DNA of 64,000 nucleotides from positions 49,724,001 to 49,788,000 of the forward strand of contig CAIIXF020000001.1 of the NCBI GenBank assembly GCA_903813345.2, given 5' to 3'. Below, piece by piece: positions 63,094-64,000 of this stretch. The position numbers and the translations under genes are program-made. The notes under the pieces were generated by a model. The model did no database searches and was not told the DNA's origin. It saw nothing but the letters and a program-made list of their open reading frames with translations. How positions within the stretch are numbered: the first letter of the stretch is position 1; every line of letters begins with the position of its first letter. The DNA is from Owenia fusiformis (lineage: Eukaryota).

Positions 63094-64000
63094 ATGGTGC
63101 AATGGAAAATGAAACTCAAAGTTTTGTTTGTCATTTCTGTGACTGTAGGAATGTGTATGTATATTTTGTTGCAAAATTCACCATTTCTGCAAACTAAAGA
63201 AACAAAACATGCCATACAACTAAACACATTGAGTGATGAAATTAAACTGGAGAAAGATACAAGAAGTTATAAAACTAAAACAGATTTGAAAACAATTAAT
63301 TGGTCTCATACAGTGCAAGATGAACGTAAATCGAGCAAAAGCATAAAAAGTGATAAAACAAAAACAGAAGTAAAAACAGTTGCTGAATCATCTAAAGTGC
63401 ATATAAGCAATACAAAAAGTTTGAGTATAGTGGAAAAATCTAGGTTCATGACATTTGGAGAAAACCCTCTATTGTCTGAGGAAATAAAAGTGAAAGAACA
63501 CTTTTTACAACTACTAAATGCAAGAAAAAAATATACAATCACCAAACATGTATACAAAGGATTGGAATTTCAAAATATTTGTGCCGTTCATTCTGAAGAA
63601 CTGATTCTGTCACAAGTGAAGCAGATGTATAAGCTTGCTGGATTAAAGATAGATCAAAAGTTCAATAAAGAATCTTTACAATATCTCTCACAAGATCTTT
63701 TTGGACCACGTTTATATCATTCAACCAAATATGATTACAGCATAGAGTGGAAACATGATGAACTACATCATAATGTTTATATGAAGATATCTGAAACATT
63801 CCTCAGAAAACCAACATATGGCGGTAGCAGCTTCAGAATTCATGTACAGGGTGTCCATAGTTTTTTGTGTCATGTCAAGGATAATTTCAATGGGATTTAT
63901 CATGTGTGTTGTCCTTATGTAGCACCCTGTAGTACTATAACTGTCACATTGATGTACATGTCTTATGGAGCATTCCTTGATGTACCAACCATTCAACCAG
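63094..64000 (+). CDS. NXPE (neurexophilin/PC-esterase)-like type II membrane protein, 5' part, runs off window
   Basis: 302 uninterrupted codons after upstream TAA (63001). Signal anchor KLKVLFVISVTVGMCMYILLQ, polar stem, then KPTYGGSSFRIHVQG...VKDNFNGIYHV...ITVTLMY resembling the NXPE Ig-like GGD.LRAR...V.D.NNGTY motif. Confidence 0.78.
   Translation, partial: MVQWKMKLKVLFVISVTVGMCMYILLQNSPFLQTKETKHAIQLNTLSDEIKLEKDTRSYKTKTDLKTINWSHTVQDERKSSKSIKSDKTKTEVKTVAESSKVHISNTKSLSIVEKSRFMTFGENPLLSEEIKVKEHFLQLLNARKKYTITKHVYKGLEFQNICAVHSEELILSQVKQMYKLAGLKIDQKFNKESLQYLSQDLFGPRLYHSTKYDYSIEWKHDELHHNVYMKISETFLRKPTYGGSSFRIHVQGVHSFLCHVKDNFNGIYHVCCPYVAPCSTITVTLMYMSYGAFLDVPTIQP

Overview
AT-rich, intron-containing animal DNA; the repeat landscape suggests a marine invertebrate such as a mollusc (inference). 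(1) + strand 1317-11905: the last 12 coding exons of a MAST-family Ser/Thr kinase (kinase, AGC C-tail, PDZ). Upstream lies a 67-bp tandem array in which each of 20 units copies the intron/exon junction. (2) - strand 43228/28095-18481: a 9-exon, ~839-aa gene joining an N-terminal CARD to a near-complete APPBP2-like TPR solenoid. It has two candidate first exons and a 12-nt microexon. This is the best candidate for an undescribed system. (3) Its introns hold a 12.7-kb foldback element with inverted 91-bp satellite arms (plus a nested 5-kb TIR element) and a defective Academ transposon. (4) A head-to-head + strand gene is suggested by a donor at 43468 and an ATG exon at 50529-50660. An NXPE-like type II membrane ORF (63094->64000) is absent from the ORF track. 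(5) The rest is nested DNA-transposon debris (Helentron/HINE, hAT, MULE, piggyBac, Harbinger, CACTA-like, Academ), a CR1 remnant and tRNA-derived cores. All homology calls were made by eye from remembered family motifs; no search was run.
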